Assembly: GCA_026396065.1 (NCBI GenBank)
Contig: JAPLXO010000003.1
Location: 1,304-65,303 of the forward strand
Length of the DNA: 64,000 bases
From: Candidatus Nomurabacteria bacterium
GTDB lineage: Bacteria; Patescibacteriota; Minisyncoccia; Phycocordibacterales; UBA9973
Reading direction: 5' to 3'
The notes under the pieces are model-generated. The model made no database searches, was not told where the DNA came from, and was given only the letters and a program-made list of their open reading frames with translations. This document shows, in pieces, positions 54,014 through 64,000 of this stretch. Each line of letters starts with the position of its first letter. Position 1 is the first letter of the stretch. Both the position numbers and the translations under genes were made by a program.

Positions 54014-54102
54014 GGAGCCGTGTCAGAGTGGTCTAACGTACCTCTTTGCTAAAGAGGCAGGGGCTTCAAAACCCCTCGACGGTTCGAATCCGTCCGGCTC
54101 CG
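54014..54102 (+). tRNA. tRNA-Ser(GCT)
   Basis: Anticodon stem-loop CCTCT-TTGCTAA-AGAGG, long variable arm, discriminator G. Confidence 0.8.
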
Positions 54103-54168
54103 CAAAGGTTGAAAATTTATTAATAAAAGTTTGTAATAATTAAAAGTCTAGAACGGCTTAGGTAATAT

Positions 54169-54534
54169 ATGAAAAAAATAACAAAAAAAACAGAAACAAA
54201 AGGAATGTCATTAGGTAAGAAAGTTGCAATAGGTGCTGGAGTAGCAGCTATTGGGGCGATAGGAGCCTATGCTTTTATGGGTCCAAATGGAAAAAAGAAT
54301 CAAAAGAAAGCGAAAGTTTTAGTAAATAAAATAGTAAAGACAGAAAAGAAAATCCAAAAAGATTGGAAAGACTTAAAAGCAAAAGCAGGACCATCTCTAA
54401 AAGAATTCAAAGCAACTATAAAAAAGATTACTGGTAAAGCAAAGACTATCGCAACTACAGAAGCCAAAAAGGATATTAAGTTAGTAAAAAAAATAGCAAA
54501 AAAAGTTTCAAAAGAAGTAAAGAGAAGAATTTAA
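54169..54534 (+). CDS. Lys-rich small membrane-anchored protein, hypothetical
   Basis: 121 aa with a Gly/Ala-rich TM segment and a highly basic remainder. Confidence 0.5.
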   Translation: MKKITKKTETKGMSLGKKVAIGAGVAAIGAIGAYAFMGPNGKKNQKKAKVLVNKIVKTEKKIQKDWKDLKAKAGPSLKEFKATIKKITGKAKTIATTEAKKDIKLVKKIAKKVSKEVKRRI

Positions 54535-54560
54535 GCGTGATTTTGTAGTATAATTTAAAA

Positions 54561-55577
54561 ATGCAAAAGAAAAAAATTTTAGTTACAGGCGGATGCGGAT
54601 ATATCGGAAGTCATACAATAGTAGATTTACTAGAAAATGATTTTGAAGTTATTTCTATTGATAATTTATCTAATGGCTCGTTAAAAATGCTTGATGGTAT
54701 AGAGAAAATAACGGGTATAAAAGTAAAAAATTACAAAATAGATTTATGTAATTTAGAGGATACAAGAAAAGTGTTTAAAGAAAATTCAGACATTGTCGGC
54801 ATTATGCATTTTGCTGCTTTTAAATCTGTACCAGAGTCTGTAAAATATCCACTCAAATATTATATTAATAATATTAATTCTTTGGCCAATGTTTTAATTT
54901 GCGCACAAGAGTTTAACGTTAATCATTTTATTTTTTCTTCATCTTGTTCAGTGTACGGAAATACTACAGAGCTACCAATAATAGAAGAGACAGCCTTTGG
55001 TGTGACAGAGTCACCCTACGCATATACAAAACAAGTAGGAGAAATTATGTGTCGTGATCTTTGTAAATCAAATGAAAATTTTAGTACCACAATTTTAAGA
55101 TATTTTAATCCTGTTGGAGCCCATGACTCAGTATTGATTGGAGAATTACAAGAAAATCCTGAAAATCTTGTGCCTGTAATTACTCGTAGTGGTATTGGAA
55201 AAATAAAAGAAATGAAAGTTTATGGGAATGATTATCCTACACGTGACGGGTCGTGTATTCGTGATTATATTCACGTGATGGATATTGCCAGTGCCCATAC
55301 AAAAGCATTACTACATTCTTTTTCTCGAGAAGATGCTAATCGTTATGAAGTTTTTAATCTTGGTAGTGGTGCTGGAACAACAGTACTCGAAATGATACAA
55401 GCATTTGAAAAAGTTTCTGGTAAAAAATTAAATTATACTATCGTGCCTCGTCGCACTGGGGACGTCGTAGCTGTGTATGCTGATAATGATAAGGCTCGTC
55501 GAGTTTTAGGTTGGGAAATAAAATATAATTTAGAAAAAATGATGGATACTGCTTGGCGTTGGGAGCAGACTATGTAA
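54561..55577 (+). CDS. galE: UDP-glucose 4-epimerase
   Basis: KILVTGGCGYIGSHT (Rossmann fold), YAYTK (YxxxK). Confidence 0.9.
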   Translation: MQKKKILVTGGCGYIGSHTIVDLLENDFEVISIDNLSNGSLKMLDGIEKITGIKVKNYKIDLCNLEDTRKVFKENSDIVGIMHFAAFKSVPESVKYPLKYYINNINSLANVLICAQEFNVNHFIFSSSCSVYGNTTELPIIEETAFGVTESPYAYTKQVGEIMCRDLCKSNENFSTTILRYFNPVGAHDSVLIGELQENPENLVPVITRSGIGKIKEMKVYGNDYPTRDGSCIRDYIHVMDIASAHTKALLHSFSREDANRYEVFNLGSGAGTTVLEMIQAFEKVSGKKLNYTIVPRRTGDVVAVYADNDKARRVLGWEIKYNLEKMMDTAWRWEQTM

Positions 55578-55604
55578 AAAATTATTTTCTGATATACTCT
55601 TGAT

Positions 55605-56117
55605 ATGAAAGGTATGACTTTTTTAGATAAAATAAAACAAAAATTTTGGCGTTGGATCTACAGCTTTTTTCCAAGCTTACAAAAGTGGCTTTTGAAGACT
55701 CATCTTATTTGGCATGAAAAGGGAAGGCAAAAATATCATATTGGTTGGTTGGCACACGGAAGAACTTTAGAAGAGTTAAAAAAACATTTACATCAGAAAT
55801 GGGGTTTTGGTAATCATTTCGTGGCATGGACAGATGATGGGCAGGTATTGAGTTGGAGAAAACTTTTAGATTTTCAAGATCAATATCATTTACGTGTTTT
55901 CTCTGATGGAGAAATTCGTGGACATTATGAGCTCACACCAGAAGCACACCCTATTGCACACTTTGAAGAAAAAGGAGAGACACATTGTCAAAAAGAATTT
56001 GTAAAATTTTTAGGTGATTTTGTAACAGATAAAAAACCAAAAAATATGCATTTAACCATGGATCCAAATGCTTGGAATCCAGATTCAGAAATTACTATTG
56101 ATCAAGTTAAAAACTAA
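55605..56117 (+). CDS. hypothetical protein (170 aa)
   Basis: ORF with no recognisable motif. Confidence 0.5.
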   Translation: MKGMTFLDKIKQKFWRWIYSFFPSLQKWLLKTHLIWHEKGRQKYHIGWLAHGRTLEELKKHLHQKWGFGNHFVAWTDDGQVLSWRKLLDFQDQYHLRVFSDGEIRGHYELTPEAHPIAHFEEKGETHCQKEFVKFLGDFVTDKKPKNMHLTMDPNAWNPDSEITIDQVKN

Positions 56118-57310
56118 ATTGGATCGGGGATATGAGAGTCCGGAATAAATAAATCCCAGACTTTTCCTGCCACATTGTTTGGTTTGCCAAAGAGAGGGTA
56201 GTGATGCAAATCAATAAAAGGTAAACTATTGCATTCAATAATTCCGCAGTGTTGTTCTTCTTTCCAAGATTTTGTAATGTCTTCAATAATAAAATCTACT
56301 CCTACGAGTGGATCTTTTAAATAAGTACCGATTTTTTCTAGCATTTCTTTATTATCTGGGTGAGTAATATCTGTAACTTCTGTCGTAGTTCCTCCGCAAC
56401 CACGGCTTGTCTTTTGAGAGAAAGTAACCACTCTTCCTTTTTCTGGTATGTCTGACATTTTTATGTTTTCTCTAGCTAGTTCTACTTCTGTCTCGTGGTC
56501 TATTGTAATTTTATGGAAAATCGGTCCATTACGTTCTGGTCTTTCATTTTCTTTATCCATTAGCTCTTTGAGTGTATGAATTCCATCTCCTATTACTTCT
56601 GGTTGATCACGTCTTACCACACCTACTAGTTTACCAGCTACAAGTGTTCCTCTAAAAAGGAAACCATTCAACTCTTCTTCAACTATAACTAATGGAGATA
56701 ATTTTTGAGCTTTTTTAAAACCAGCGATAAGTAATTCAGGAGTAGTGATATGTATCATTGTGTGGCGTGAACGTGAACCAAGGTTTGGTTTTGTAATAAC
56801 TGGTTTTGTGATTCTATTAAAAATCCTCATTGCTTGCCATCTATTCCAAGCAGTTCCACCATTTGCAACAGGAATACCTTCTGATTGAAATCTTATTTTC
56901 ATTATCCCTTTATTATCCATCCATGTAATAGCATCAGAATTTCCTATCGCTGGTCTTGGTAGTCCGTCGAATGTTAGAGTTTTACCTTTATATTCTACAA
57001 GAAAAATATCATGTATTGGTCCCAAATGAAATTCTCTCATTTTTATACCTCGTCTTATTCCTTCTTCCCAAAAACATTTTGTACGCCAAGTATCTATTTT
57101 GTCTGGTGCATCAGTAAAGTGCGCTAATTTTAATGCCACCATTGTTCTAATAAAAGGAAGTGAGATTCTTTTTGAAAGTGCTTCAGCAGTATTTTTAAAA
57201 ATTAATTCCATAAAATCAAAGAATGGTTTGTCGATCATTCCTAATATTACAGAAATATATGCCACGATATGGCTTTCTTGGGCTGGTTCACAATCTTTAC
57301 AATATTTCAT
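56114..57310 (-). CDS. ATP-grasp domain protein (cyanophycin-synthetase/RimK/Ddl-like ligase fold)
   Basis: TKPNLGSRSRHTMIHITT...VVEEELNGFLFRGTLVAGKLVGVV...VIGDG...GCGGTTTEVTD is an ATP-grasp-like pattern. Confidence 0.5.
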   Translation of the reverse strand: MKYCKDCEPAQESHIVAYISVILGMIDKPFFDFMELIFKNTAEALSKRISLPFIRTMVALKLAHFTDAPDKIDTWRTKCFWEEGIRRGIKMREFHLGPIHDIFLVEYKGKTLTFDGLPRPAIGNSDAITWMDNKGIMKIRFQSEGIPVANGGTAWNRWQAMRIFNRITKPVITKPNLGSRSRHTMIHITTPELLIAGFKKAQKLSPLVIVEEELNGFLFRGTLVAGKLVGVVRRDQPEVIGDGIHTLKELMDKENERPERNGPIFHKITIDHETEVELARENIKMSDIPEKGRVVTFSQKTSRGCGGTTTEVTDITHPDNKEMLEKIGTYLKDPLVGVDFIIEDITKSWKEEQHCGIIECNSLPFIDLHHYPLFGKPNNVAGKVWDLFIPDSHIPDPI

Positions 57311-57348
57311 AATTGCTATTATAACACAAAAAAAGAGCTGGTTGTATT

Positions 57349-58029
57349 TTAATGCGCTATTGCGAAAGCAATTATTTTTTTGGCGCCTTTTTGTTTTAAT
57401 ACTTTTTTAGCTTCATTAAATGTCGCGCCTGTAGTAGTTACATCGTCTATTAATATTATATTTCTATTTTTTATTTTCTCACTATTTTTTATTTCAAAAG
57501 AATTACAAAGATTTTTTAATCTAATATTTCTGTCACGAATTTTTGCCTGATGTTCTGTCTCTTTTGTTTTTATTAAAACATTTGTTACTAAAGTTAAATT
57601 TTTTTCTGTATCAAGGTCTACTAATTTTTTGCAAATTAATTCTGCTTGATTGAAACCGCGCTCGTGCATTCGCTTTTTTGAAAGGGGAATGGGAATTAGT
57701 ATTGGCTCGCGGAAATTTTCGAATATTGTTAGATCTGCAAGTTCTTCGGCTATCTTGCCATGTAAAGCTTCCGCGAAAATTTCCGCGAGCCTTCTTTTGC
57801 CTTTATACTTTAAAAGCCAAATAGCTTTTTTTGTTGGAATATGTCGATAGTCGTATAAAGGAAAAATCCAATTTGTAGTTTCTCTCTCAGCTGTAGGAGA
57901 TTTTATTATGCAATCCAAACACAAATCCACCCCCTTTTTACTACAGGAAATGCAATTCACAGGGAAAATGAAATTTAAGATGGTGTTTAAAAGTTTCATT
58001 TGTGATATAATACATAGGTATTTTATCAC
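57349..58029 (-). CDS. comFC: ComF family protein (ComFC; zinc finger plus phosphoribosyltransferase fold)
   Basis: N-terminal CxxC...CxxC. C-terminal IILIDDVTTTGATFNEA PRTase motif. Confidence 0.8.
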   Translation of the reverse strand: MIKYLCIISQMKLLNTILNFIFPVNCISCSKKGVDLCLDCIIKSPTAERETTNWIFPLYDYRHIPTKKAIWLLKYKGKRRLAEIFAEALHGKIAEELADLTIFENFREPILIPIPLSKKRMHERGFNQAELICKKLVDLDTEKNLTLVTNVLIKTKETEHQAKIRDRNIRLKNLCNSFEIKNSEKIKNRNIILIDDVTTTGATFNEAKKVLKQKGAKKIIAFAIAH

Positions 58030-58066
58030 AGGTTAAGATGTTTCAATATAAATTTATCAACAATTA

Positions 58067-59197
58067 ATGGCGAATCCTTTGCAAAAAATAATAGACATAG
58101 GCAAGAGTATTTTCTCAAATAGTTCTTCTGGAAGTGCTGTAGGCATAGATATAGGCACTTCGGCTATTAAAATAGTCGAAATAAAGAAGAAAGGAGGAAA
58201 AGCAGTTTTGGAAACTTACGGTTCAGTTTCGCTCGGTTCTTATGCTAGCGTAGAAAATGGACGAGTTACAAATTTGCCAGCTGAAAAGATTGCTCTTGCA
58301 TTAAAAGAAGTTTTAAAGGAGTCTGATGTATCTACTAAGTCTTCGGCTCTTTCTATTTCTTCACAATCAAGCCTAATTTTCACTATTGAAATTCCTCCAA
58401 ATATAAAAGAAAGTTCTTTGTCTACTATTATTCCAACAGAAGCTCGTAAATATATTCCTGTTCCTATTACTGAAGTTTCACTTGATTGGTTCATTCTTCC
58501 TAAAAAAGAACCTTCTTTTGAAGAAGAGAATAATCCCGATCTTCCAATAGCTGAAGCACAAAAAACTGAAGTTTTAGTAGTTGCCATTGAAAATGATGCA
58601 ATTGCAAAATATCAATCTGTCGTAACTACTTGTTCTCTCGATGCAGCATTTTTTGAACTGGAAGTTTTTTCTTCAATTAGGGCAAATTTTGATCACGAGC
58701 TTTCACCAGTACTTTTACTGGATTTTGGTGCAAGTAAAGTAAAACTTTCAATTGTAGAATTTGGTGCAGTAAAAAGTTTTCATATTATAAATCGTGGTGG
58801 TGCAGATATTACAGAATCAATTTCAAAATCTTTATCTATAGATTTTCCAAAAGCAGAAGAGATGAAGAGGGAATTTGGACTTTTAGGTAATTCAACTGAA
58901 AAAAATCTTACAGAAATAATAAAAACACACATTGACTATGTATTTTCAGAAACAAATAGTGTATTATTAGGATACGAGAAAAAATATAATAAAACTATTA
59001 GTAAAGTAATATTGACTGGTGGGGGATCTTTATTAAAAGGTTTCAAAGAAATGTCTGTTGGTAATTTTCCTGTTCAAGTAGAGGTTGGTACACCTTTTTC
59101 AAAAGTAAGTGCGCCTGTTTTTTTAGAAAAAGTATTATTGGCGACTGGTCCTGAGTTTGCTGTCGCTCTAGGTCTTGCTTTGAGGAAACTACAATGA
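58067..59197 (+). CDS. pilM: type IV pilus assembly protein PilM (second copy)
   Basis: AVGIDIGTSAIKIVEIKKKGG N-terminus. 376 aa. Confidence 0.75.
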   Translation: MANPLQKIIDIGKSIFSNSSSGSAVGIDIGTSAIKIVEIKKKGGKAVLETYGSVSLGSYASVENGRVTNLPAEKIALALKEVLKESDVSTKSSALSISSQSSLIFTIEIPPNIKESSLSTIIPTEARKYIPVPITEVSLDWFILPKKEPSFEEENNPDLPIAEAQKTEVLVVAIENDAIAKYQSVVTTCSLDAAFFELEVFSSIRANFDHELSPVLLLDFGASKVKLSIVEFGAVKSFHIINRGGADITESISKSLSIDFPKAEEMKREFGLLGNSTEKNLTEIIKTHIDYVFSETNSVLLGYEKKYNKTISKVILTGGGSLLKGFKEMSVGNFPVQVEVGTPFSKVSAPVFLEKVLLATGPEFAVALGLALRKLQ

Positions 59198-59237
59198 GAT
59201 AATATATAGGGTAGTCTCGTAAAAATTTTATATTAAT

Positions 59238-59843
59238 ATGGATCAAAATTTTCAAACATCATTCATACCAAAGAAGCCTTTAGCAGAGGATGTTGTTGTG
59301 CGTTCTGGTTCAGTTAATATTTTTTTAATATTATCTATTTTTGCCTTTTTTGCTGTAATTTTAGGATCTGGTGGACTTTATTTTTATAAAGGAGTTCTAG
59401 CTAAACAAGTTGATACAATGTCTACAAATCTTAATTTGGCCAAGGGTAGATTTGAGCCTACTGAGATTACTAGATTACAAACATTAGACAAAAGATTAAA
59501 CGCAGCAGAAGAGCTTCTTTCAAACCACGTCGCTATTTCTCAAATTTTTACTATTTTACAGCAATATACATTAAAGACTATTCGTTATACAAAATTTTCT
59601 TCATCAATTGCAGATCCTGCTGGTTTAAAAGTCAACGTAAAAATGAGTGGTCAGGCTATTGGTTATAGGTCAGTAGCTCTTCAAGCCGACATGTTTAGTA
59701 AAAATAAAAATATTATTGATCCATCTTTTACCAATCTTTCATTAGACAATAAAGGGAATGTTTTGTTTGATCTTGATTTTTCTGTTGATCCAACTTTTGT
59801 AAATTATAAACAAGTTATTATGAATAATTCAACCTCACAATAA
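59238..59843 (+). CDS. PilN-like protein (second cluster)
   Basis: Single TM helix followed by a coiled coil. Lies after pilM. Confidence 0.4.
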   Translation: MDQNFQTSFIPKKPLAEDVVVRSGSVNIFLILSIFAFFAVILGSGGLYFYKGVLAKQVDTMSTNLNLAKGRFEPTEITRLQTLDKRLNAAEELLSNHVAISQIFTILQQYTLKTIRYTKFSSSIADPAGLKVNVKMSGQAIGYRSVALQADMFSKNKNIIDPSFTNLSLDNKGNVLFDLDFSVDPTFVNYKQVIMNNSTSQ

Positions 59844-59846
59844 TAT

Positions 59847-60437
59847 ATGAGATTCTTTTTCCCTATAATTTTAATAGGAATTTCAATCGGTTGTTTTTTC
59901 ATGTTTTTAAATCCATTTTATACTGAGATAAAAAATTCAAAGACAACAATAGCATCTTATGATGAAGCATTAAATAATTCAAAAGCATTAGAAGCACAGC
60001 GCGATATTCTTGCTACTAAATATAATTCTATTGATACTGAAAATCTAAGAAAATTAGCAGTTCTTCTTCCTGATGGAGTAGATAACATTCGTCTTATTTT
60101 AGAAATTGAAAATATTGCTTCTCCATATGGAATGGTATTAAAAGATGTAAAATACAGTACAGTAGCTCCAGAGACAGCTGTTACAGGTCAAGGTAAGTCT
60201 TTAAAATCAGCAGCTTTAGTACGAAAAGATTACGGAAATTGGGATCTTGAGTTTTCAACTGAAGGAACTTATCAGAATTTTTTAAATCTTTTAAAAGATC
60301 TTGAACACAATCTTCGTATTGTAGATATATCATCTATAAACTTTTCCTCTGATACTGGCGGAGTATCTCTTTCTACTGCTTCTTCCAATACTTATAAATT
60401 TAGTTTTAAAATTAAAACTTATTGGTTAAAAAATTAA
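59847..60437 (+). CDS. PilO-like protein (second cluster)
   Basis: TM helix followed by a coiled coil (EAQRDILATKYNSIDTEN). Confidence 0.4.
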   Translation: MRFFFPIILIGISIGCFFMFLNPFYTEIKNSKTTIASYDEALNNSKALEAQRDILATKYNSIDTENLRKLAVLLPDGVDNIRLILEIENIASPYGMVLKDVKYSTVAPETAVTGQGKSLKSAALVRKDYGNWDLEFSTEGTYQNFLNLLKDLEHNLRIVDISSINFSSDTGGVSLSTASSNTYKFSFKIKTYWLKN

Positions 60438-60937
60438 TTATGTCACCAAAAATAAAAAATATAATAATATTCTTGGTTATCGGTATCGTAGTCGTCGGTG
60501 CTTATTTTGTTTTCTTTAATAAAAAAACACCAACTAATAAACCTGCTCTTACTACATCTACCGGAGCACAAGCTAAAATACCTACAACAACAGCTAAAGA
60601 TGCCACTAAACCAGTAGGTCAAGAATTTTTATCTATTTTATTAAATGTTAAAAATATCAAATTAAATGATGCTATTTTTTCTGAAAATGCTTTTACTGCA
60701 TTAAAAGATTCTAGTATTACTTTAGTTTCAGAAGGAAATGAAGGACGAGCTAATCCTTTTGCACCTATTGGTTCTGATGCTTTAGTCACTCCACCACCAG
60801 TAGTTCCACCGATAACATCAGGTGCAGTTGATACAACTCTTACACCTACAGGAACAAATAATAATCTTTCACCTAACTTAAATGCTTCTACTCCACCACC
60901 TGGTATTACAGCAGGTGGTGATGGAGTAACGCAATAA
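60422..60937 (+). CDS. PilP-like / Thr-Pro-rich membrane-anchored protein
   Basis: TM helix plus a low-complexity T/P-rich C-terminus. Lies between pilO and pilB. Confidence 0.3.
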   Translation: MVKKLIMSPKIKNIIIFLVIGIVVVGAYFVFFNKKTPTNKPALTTSTGAQAKIPTTTAKDATKPVGQEFLSILLNVKNIKLNDAIFSENAFTALKDSSITLVSEGNEGRANPFAPIGSDALVTPPPVVPPITSGAVDTTLTPTGTNNNLSPNLNASTPPPGITAGGDGVTQ

Positions 60938-60944
60938 TAAAATT

Positions 60945-62693
60945 ATGAGTTTTTTAGAAGAACTTGCTAAAAAAGGAGTTATAGAAGAAAGCCAAATAGG
61001 AGAGATTAAAAATCGAGCTGATGAAAAGTATGAAGGCAGTATCGATGACGCACTCTCTGAATTTGGAGTTTCAGATGAAATTGCTTTAAAAACAAAAGGA
61101 GAGTATTTTGCTATGCCAACAAAAAATGTCGTAGTTAAATCACTTTCTTTTGAGGCATTAAAATATATACCAGAAGATTCTGCTAGGCATTACAATTTTG
61201 CTCCTATTAGTTTGAAAGATGGGGTTTTGGAAGTCGGTGTTACAGATCCTGAAAATATTGCTGCAATGGATGCATTACAATTTATTTCTGATAAATTAAA
61301 CACACCCTTTAAGATTTTTTTAATTTCAAAAAATAATTATAAAGAAATTATGGAAAATTATAAAGGTATTACGGGTTCAATGTCAGATGAATTGGAAAAA
61401 TTTGATTCAGAAGAATTAAAAAATACAAAAGAAATCACAGAAGCAGCGCTCAGCAGTGATTTAAAAGATATAAAACCAGGTGAGGAAGCCAAGATTGTTG
61501 AGTCAGCTCCAGTTATAAAAATTGTTGCAGTTATTTTAAGAAATGCTATTGAGGGTGGAGCTTCCGATATACATATAGAATTTAATGGAGAAAAAGTGAA
61601 AGTTCGATATCGTGTCGATGGTATTTTACATACAACAATTGTATTACCTTCAAACATTTATAGTGGAGTCGTGGCTCGTATAAAAATTCTTGCTAAATTA
61701 CGATTAGATGAAAAAAGAAAACCACAAGATGGATCTTTCTCTGCAAATTTTGATGGTAGAAAAATAGATTTTCGTGTTTCTACAATGCCATCGTATTATG
61801 GAGAGAAGGTTGTGATGCGTATTTTAGATTCTGAACAGGGTGTAAAACCTCTTGATACTTTAGGCCTATCAAAAAGAAATATTGCATTAGTTCGCGAAGC
61901 AATTACTAAACCTTATGGTCTTATTTTAATAACAGGGCCAACAGGATCTGGAAAATCTACTACACTTTATTCTATGATAAATGAATTGGATAAAGAAAAA
62001 AGTAATATCGTTTCACTTGAAGATCCTATTGAATACCATATTTCAGGTATTAACCAATCTCAAATGATGCCAGAAATTGGTTATACTTTTGCCTCTGGAC
62101 TTCGTTCTATATTGCGTCAGGACCCTGATATTATTTTGGTTGGAGAAATTCGTGATAAAGAGACAGCACAGCTTGCTATTCAAGCAGCATTGACTGGTCA
62201 TTTAGTGCTTTCAACTTTACACACAAATAATGCAATAGGCGCAGTACCTAGACTTGTAGATATGGGTGTAGATCCTTATTTAATTGCTCCAACTTTAATT
62301 TTATCAGTTGCTCAACGTTTATCACGACTAACTTTTCCTTCTTCAAGAAAATTAGTACCTATGGATCCTAGCGTTAAAGCTCAATTTGAAAAGACTATTT
62401 CTGATTTACCAGAAGAATTTAAAAATGAAATTGTTCTTGGTAATGAAATGTATGAAACTATTCCTTCAGCAGAATGTCCTACAGGTACAAAAGGACGTAT
62501 AGCAGTATACGAAATGTTTAAAATAGATAAAGATATGCAAGATGTTATATTAAAAAATCCTGTTGGTTCAGAAATTTACAAAACAGCACGTAAAGGCGGG
62601 ATGCTTATGATGCAAGAAGATGCTATGCTTAAAGCGGTAGCTGGTACAATACCATTTTCCGAAGTGTATAACTTTAATAGTGATATTAATTAA
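60945..62693 (+). CDS. pilB: type IV pilus assembly ATPase PilB (GspE family)
   Basis: N-terminal T2SSE_N region. Walker A GPTGSGKSTTLYS. Asp and His boxes. Confidence 0.9.
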   Translation: MSFLEELAKKGVIEESQIGEIKNRADEKYEGSIDDALSEFGVSDEIALKTKGEYFAMPTKNVVVKSLSFEALKYIPEDSARHYNFAPISLKDGVLEVGVTDPENIAAMDALQFISDKLNTPFKIFLISKNNYKEIMENYKGITGSMSDELEKFDSEELKNTKEITEAALSSDLKDIKPGEEAKIVESAPVIKIVAVILRNAIEGGASDIHIEFNGEKVKVRYRVDGILHTTIVLPSNIYSGVVARIKILAKLRLDEKRKPQDGSFSANFDGRKIDFRVSTMPSYYGEKVVMRILDSEQGVKPLDTLGLSKRNIALVREAITKPYGLILITGPTGSGKSTTLYSMINELDKEKSNIVSLEDPIEYHISGINQSQMMPEIGYTFASGLRSILRQDPDIILVGEIRDKETAQLAIQAALTGHLVLSTLHTNNAIGAVPRLVDMGVDPYLIAPTLILSVAQRLSRLTFPSSRKLVPMDPSVKAQFEKTISDLPEEFKNEIVLGNEMYETIPSAECPTGTKGRIAVYEMFKIDKDMQDVILKNPVGSEIYKTARKGGMLMMQEDAMLKAVAGTIPFSEVYNFNSDIN

Positions 62694-62723
62694 AATATAT
62701 TATAATTAACTTAGTATAATCAT

Positions 62724-63110
62724 ATGAATCCAGATAAAAGAAAAATTTTAATAGTCGATGATGATACATTTCTTATAGATATGTATGCACTTAAATTTAG
62801 TCAGGGAGATTTCGAGGTTTACACAGCTCCTAGTGCGAAAGAAGCATTGGAAAAAATACAAGGTGGTCTTGTGCCAGATATGATACTTCTTGATATTATG
62901 ATGCCAGAGATGGATGGTTTTGAGATGTTAGAAAAAATGAATACAGATAAATTGGCGACTTCTTCTATTAAGGTGATTCTTTCAAATAAAGGACAACAAG
63001 CTGATATTGATCGAGGGCATGAATTGGGGGCTACAGACTATATAATCAAAGCCACTAGTACACCAGCTGAAGTAGTAGACAAAGTAGTAGCAATTTTAGC
63101 TAAGAAATAA
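62724..63110 (+). CDS. response regulator receiver-domain protein (PilH/CheY-like)
   Basis: KILIVDDD...DMILLDIMMPEMDGFEM. Confidence 0.8.
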   Translation: MNPDKRKILIVDDDTFLIDMYALKFSQGDFEVYTAPSAKEALEKIQGGLVPDMILLDIMMPEMDGFEMLEKMNTDKLATSSIKVILSNKGQQADIDRGHELGATDYIIKATSTPAEVVDKVVAILAKK

Positions 63111-63153
63111 TTGATTTAGTAAAATCATGCCTTGGGCATAAAATAATATATAT

Positions 63154-64000
63154 ATGGATTATCAAAAAACACTTGAAGATTTAATATCAGAAGTAATAAG
63201 AGAAGGTGGCTCTGATTTACACTTGGGTGCTGGTCATGTGCCAGCTATCCGTGTGGCTGGAGAGTTAATTTTTCTTGTAAAATATCCAGAACTTTCAAAA
63301 GAAGACATGACGGGAATCTTACCTTTGCTTTTAGATAAGGCTAAACTAGATAAATTTAATTTAAATCAAGAAATCGATTTCGCTTATGACTTTAAAGGAC
63401 AAGCACGTCTTCGTGGAAATGCTTTTTTCCAAAAAGGACTTATTGGTATTGCACTTAGATTAATTCCAAAAGTTAAACCACTTGTAGAATTAAACCTTCC
63501 ACCAATTATTGCTGAACTTGCCAGAAAGAAACAAGGATTTTTTCTTTGTGTTGGTCCTGTAGGTCAAGGAAAATCTTCTACTTTGGCAGCAATGATTGAT
63601 CTTATAAATAGTGAAGAGGCCAGCCATATTGTTACTATTGAAGATCCAATTGAGCACATGTACACTCCTAAAAAATCAATTATTAATCAACGTGAAGTAG
63701 GAATAGATACACAAGATTTTCATATTGCGCTCAAAGGTGTTTTTCGTGAAGATGTGAATGTAATCATGATAGGGGAAATGCGTAACCAAGAGACTATAAG
63801 CGCTGCAGTAACAGCCGCTGAGACAGGCCACTTGGTTCTCTCAACACTTCACACAAACAATGCTTCACAGACAATCGACCGTATTATTGATAGTTTTCCT
63901 GGTAATCAACAGGATCAAATTCGTACACAGCTCGCTTCTAGTTTAATTGGTATTTTTTCTCAACGTTTAGTACCTAAAATTACAGGGGGATTAGTGCCAG
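63154..64000 (+). CDS. pilT: twitching motility ATPase PilT (partial; continues beyond window end)
   Basis: GSDLHL, Walker A GPVGQGKSSTLAAMI, IVTIEDPIE, GEMRNQET, LVLSTLHTNNA. Confidence 0.9.
   Translation, partial: MDYQKTLEDLISEVIREGGSDLHLGAGHVPAIRVAGELIFLVKYPELSKEDMTGILPLLLDKAKLDKFNLNQEIDFAYDFKGQARLRGNAFFQKGLIGIALRLIPKVKPLVELNLPPIIAELARKKQGFFLCVGPVGQGKSSTLAAMIDLINSEEASHIVTIEDPIEHMYTPKKSIINQREVGIDTQDFHIALKGVFREDVNVIMIGEMRNQETISAAVTAAETGHLVLSTLHTNNASQTIDRIIDSFPGNQQDQIRTQLASSLIGIFSQRLVPKITGGLVP

Noticed and set aside
1-64000. CRISPR arrays, rRNA genes and prophage structural genes.
   Set aside because: I looked for regularly spaced direct repeats, rRNA-like conserved stretches and capsid/terminase-type ORFs and found none. 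The only dispersed repeats are the inverted-repeat sets and palindromic mini-elements reported above.

Overview
This is a low-GC bacterial chromosomal segment under the standard genetic code (TGA is used as a stop). It has short intergenic spacers, many small hypothetical proteins and visibly reduced enzymes. Two type IV pilus/competence clusters are present (pilM-N-O twice, pilB, pilT, comFC). Overall it resembles a CPR/Patescibacteria-type reduced genome; this placement is an inference from gene content and style only.

Contents by region:
- 0.7-6.5 kb: a horizontally acquired module next to tRNA-Ser(TGA). It holds two GC-richer hypothetical genes. It holds a controller/REase/m5C-MTase (C-R-M) restriction-modification cassette bracketed by 207-bp inverted repeats. 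It also holds a large serine recombinase gene bracketed by perfect 91-bp inverted repeats whose outer end overlaps the tRNA 3' end.
- Housekeeping genes: alr (partial), ruvX, rplS, secE-nusG-rplK, murB, glyA, argS, ileS with a T-box leader, recG, eno, galE, thyA-folA, dCMP deaminase, dut, a tmk-like kinase, a DNPH1/Rcl-like hydrolase, a DEAD-box helicase, NRAMP, a two-component pair and eight tRNAs.
- 43.4-46.0 kb: a complete diversity-generating retroelement (DGR). The parts are a target gene with a C-terminal VR, a TR copy whose ~20 mismatches all fall on TR adenines, avd, and an RT with the IGxxxSQ motif. A (GT)11 tract sits at the RT start.
- Several GC-rich palindromic mini-elements are inserted in-frame in ileS and recG, with one more copy in an intergenic spacer.
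- Domain novelties: a histidine-phosphatase domain is embedded inside IleS, and a phosphoglycerate mutase is fused to a pyruvate kinase lacking its B and C domains, next to eno.
- A Cas2/VapD-like small ORF is flanked by 16-bp palindromes. There is a large cysteine-repeat protein, and a type-II tRNA whose anticodon reads ACT.

No CRISPR array, rRNA gene or phage structural genes were seen.
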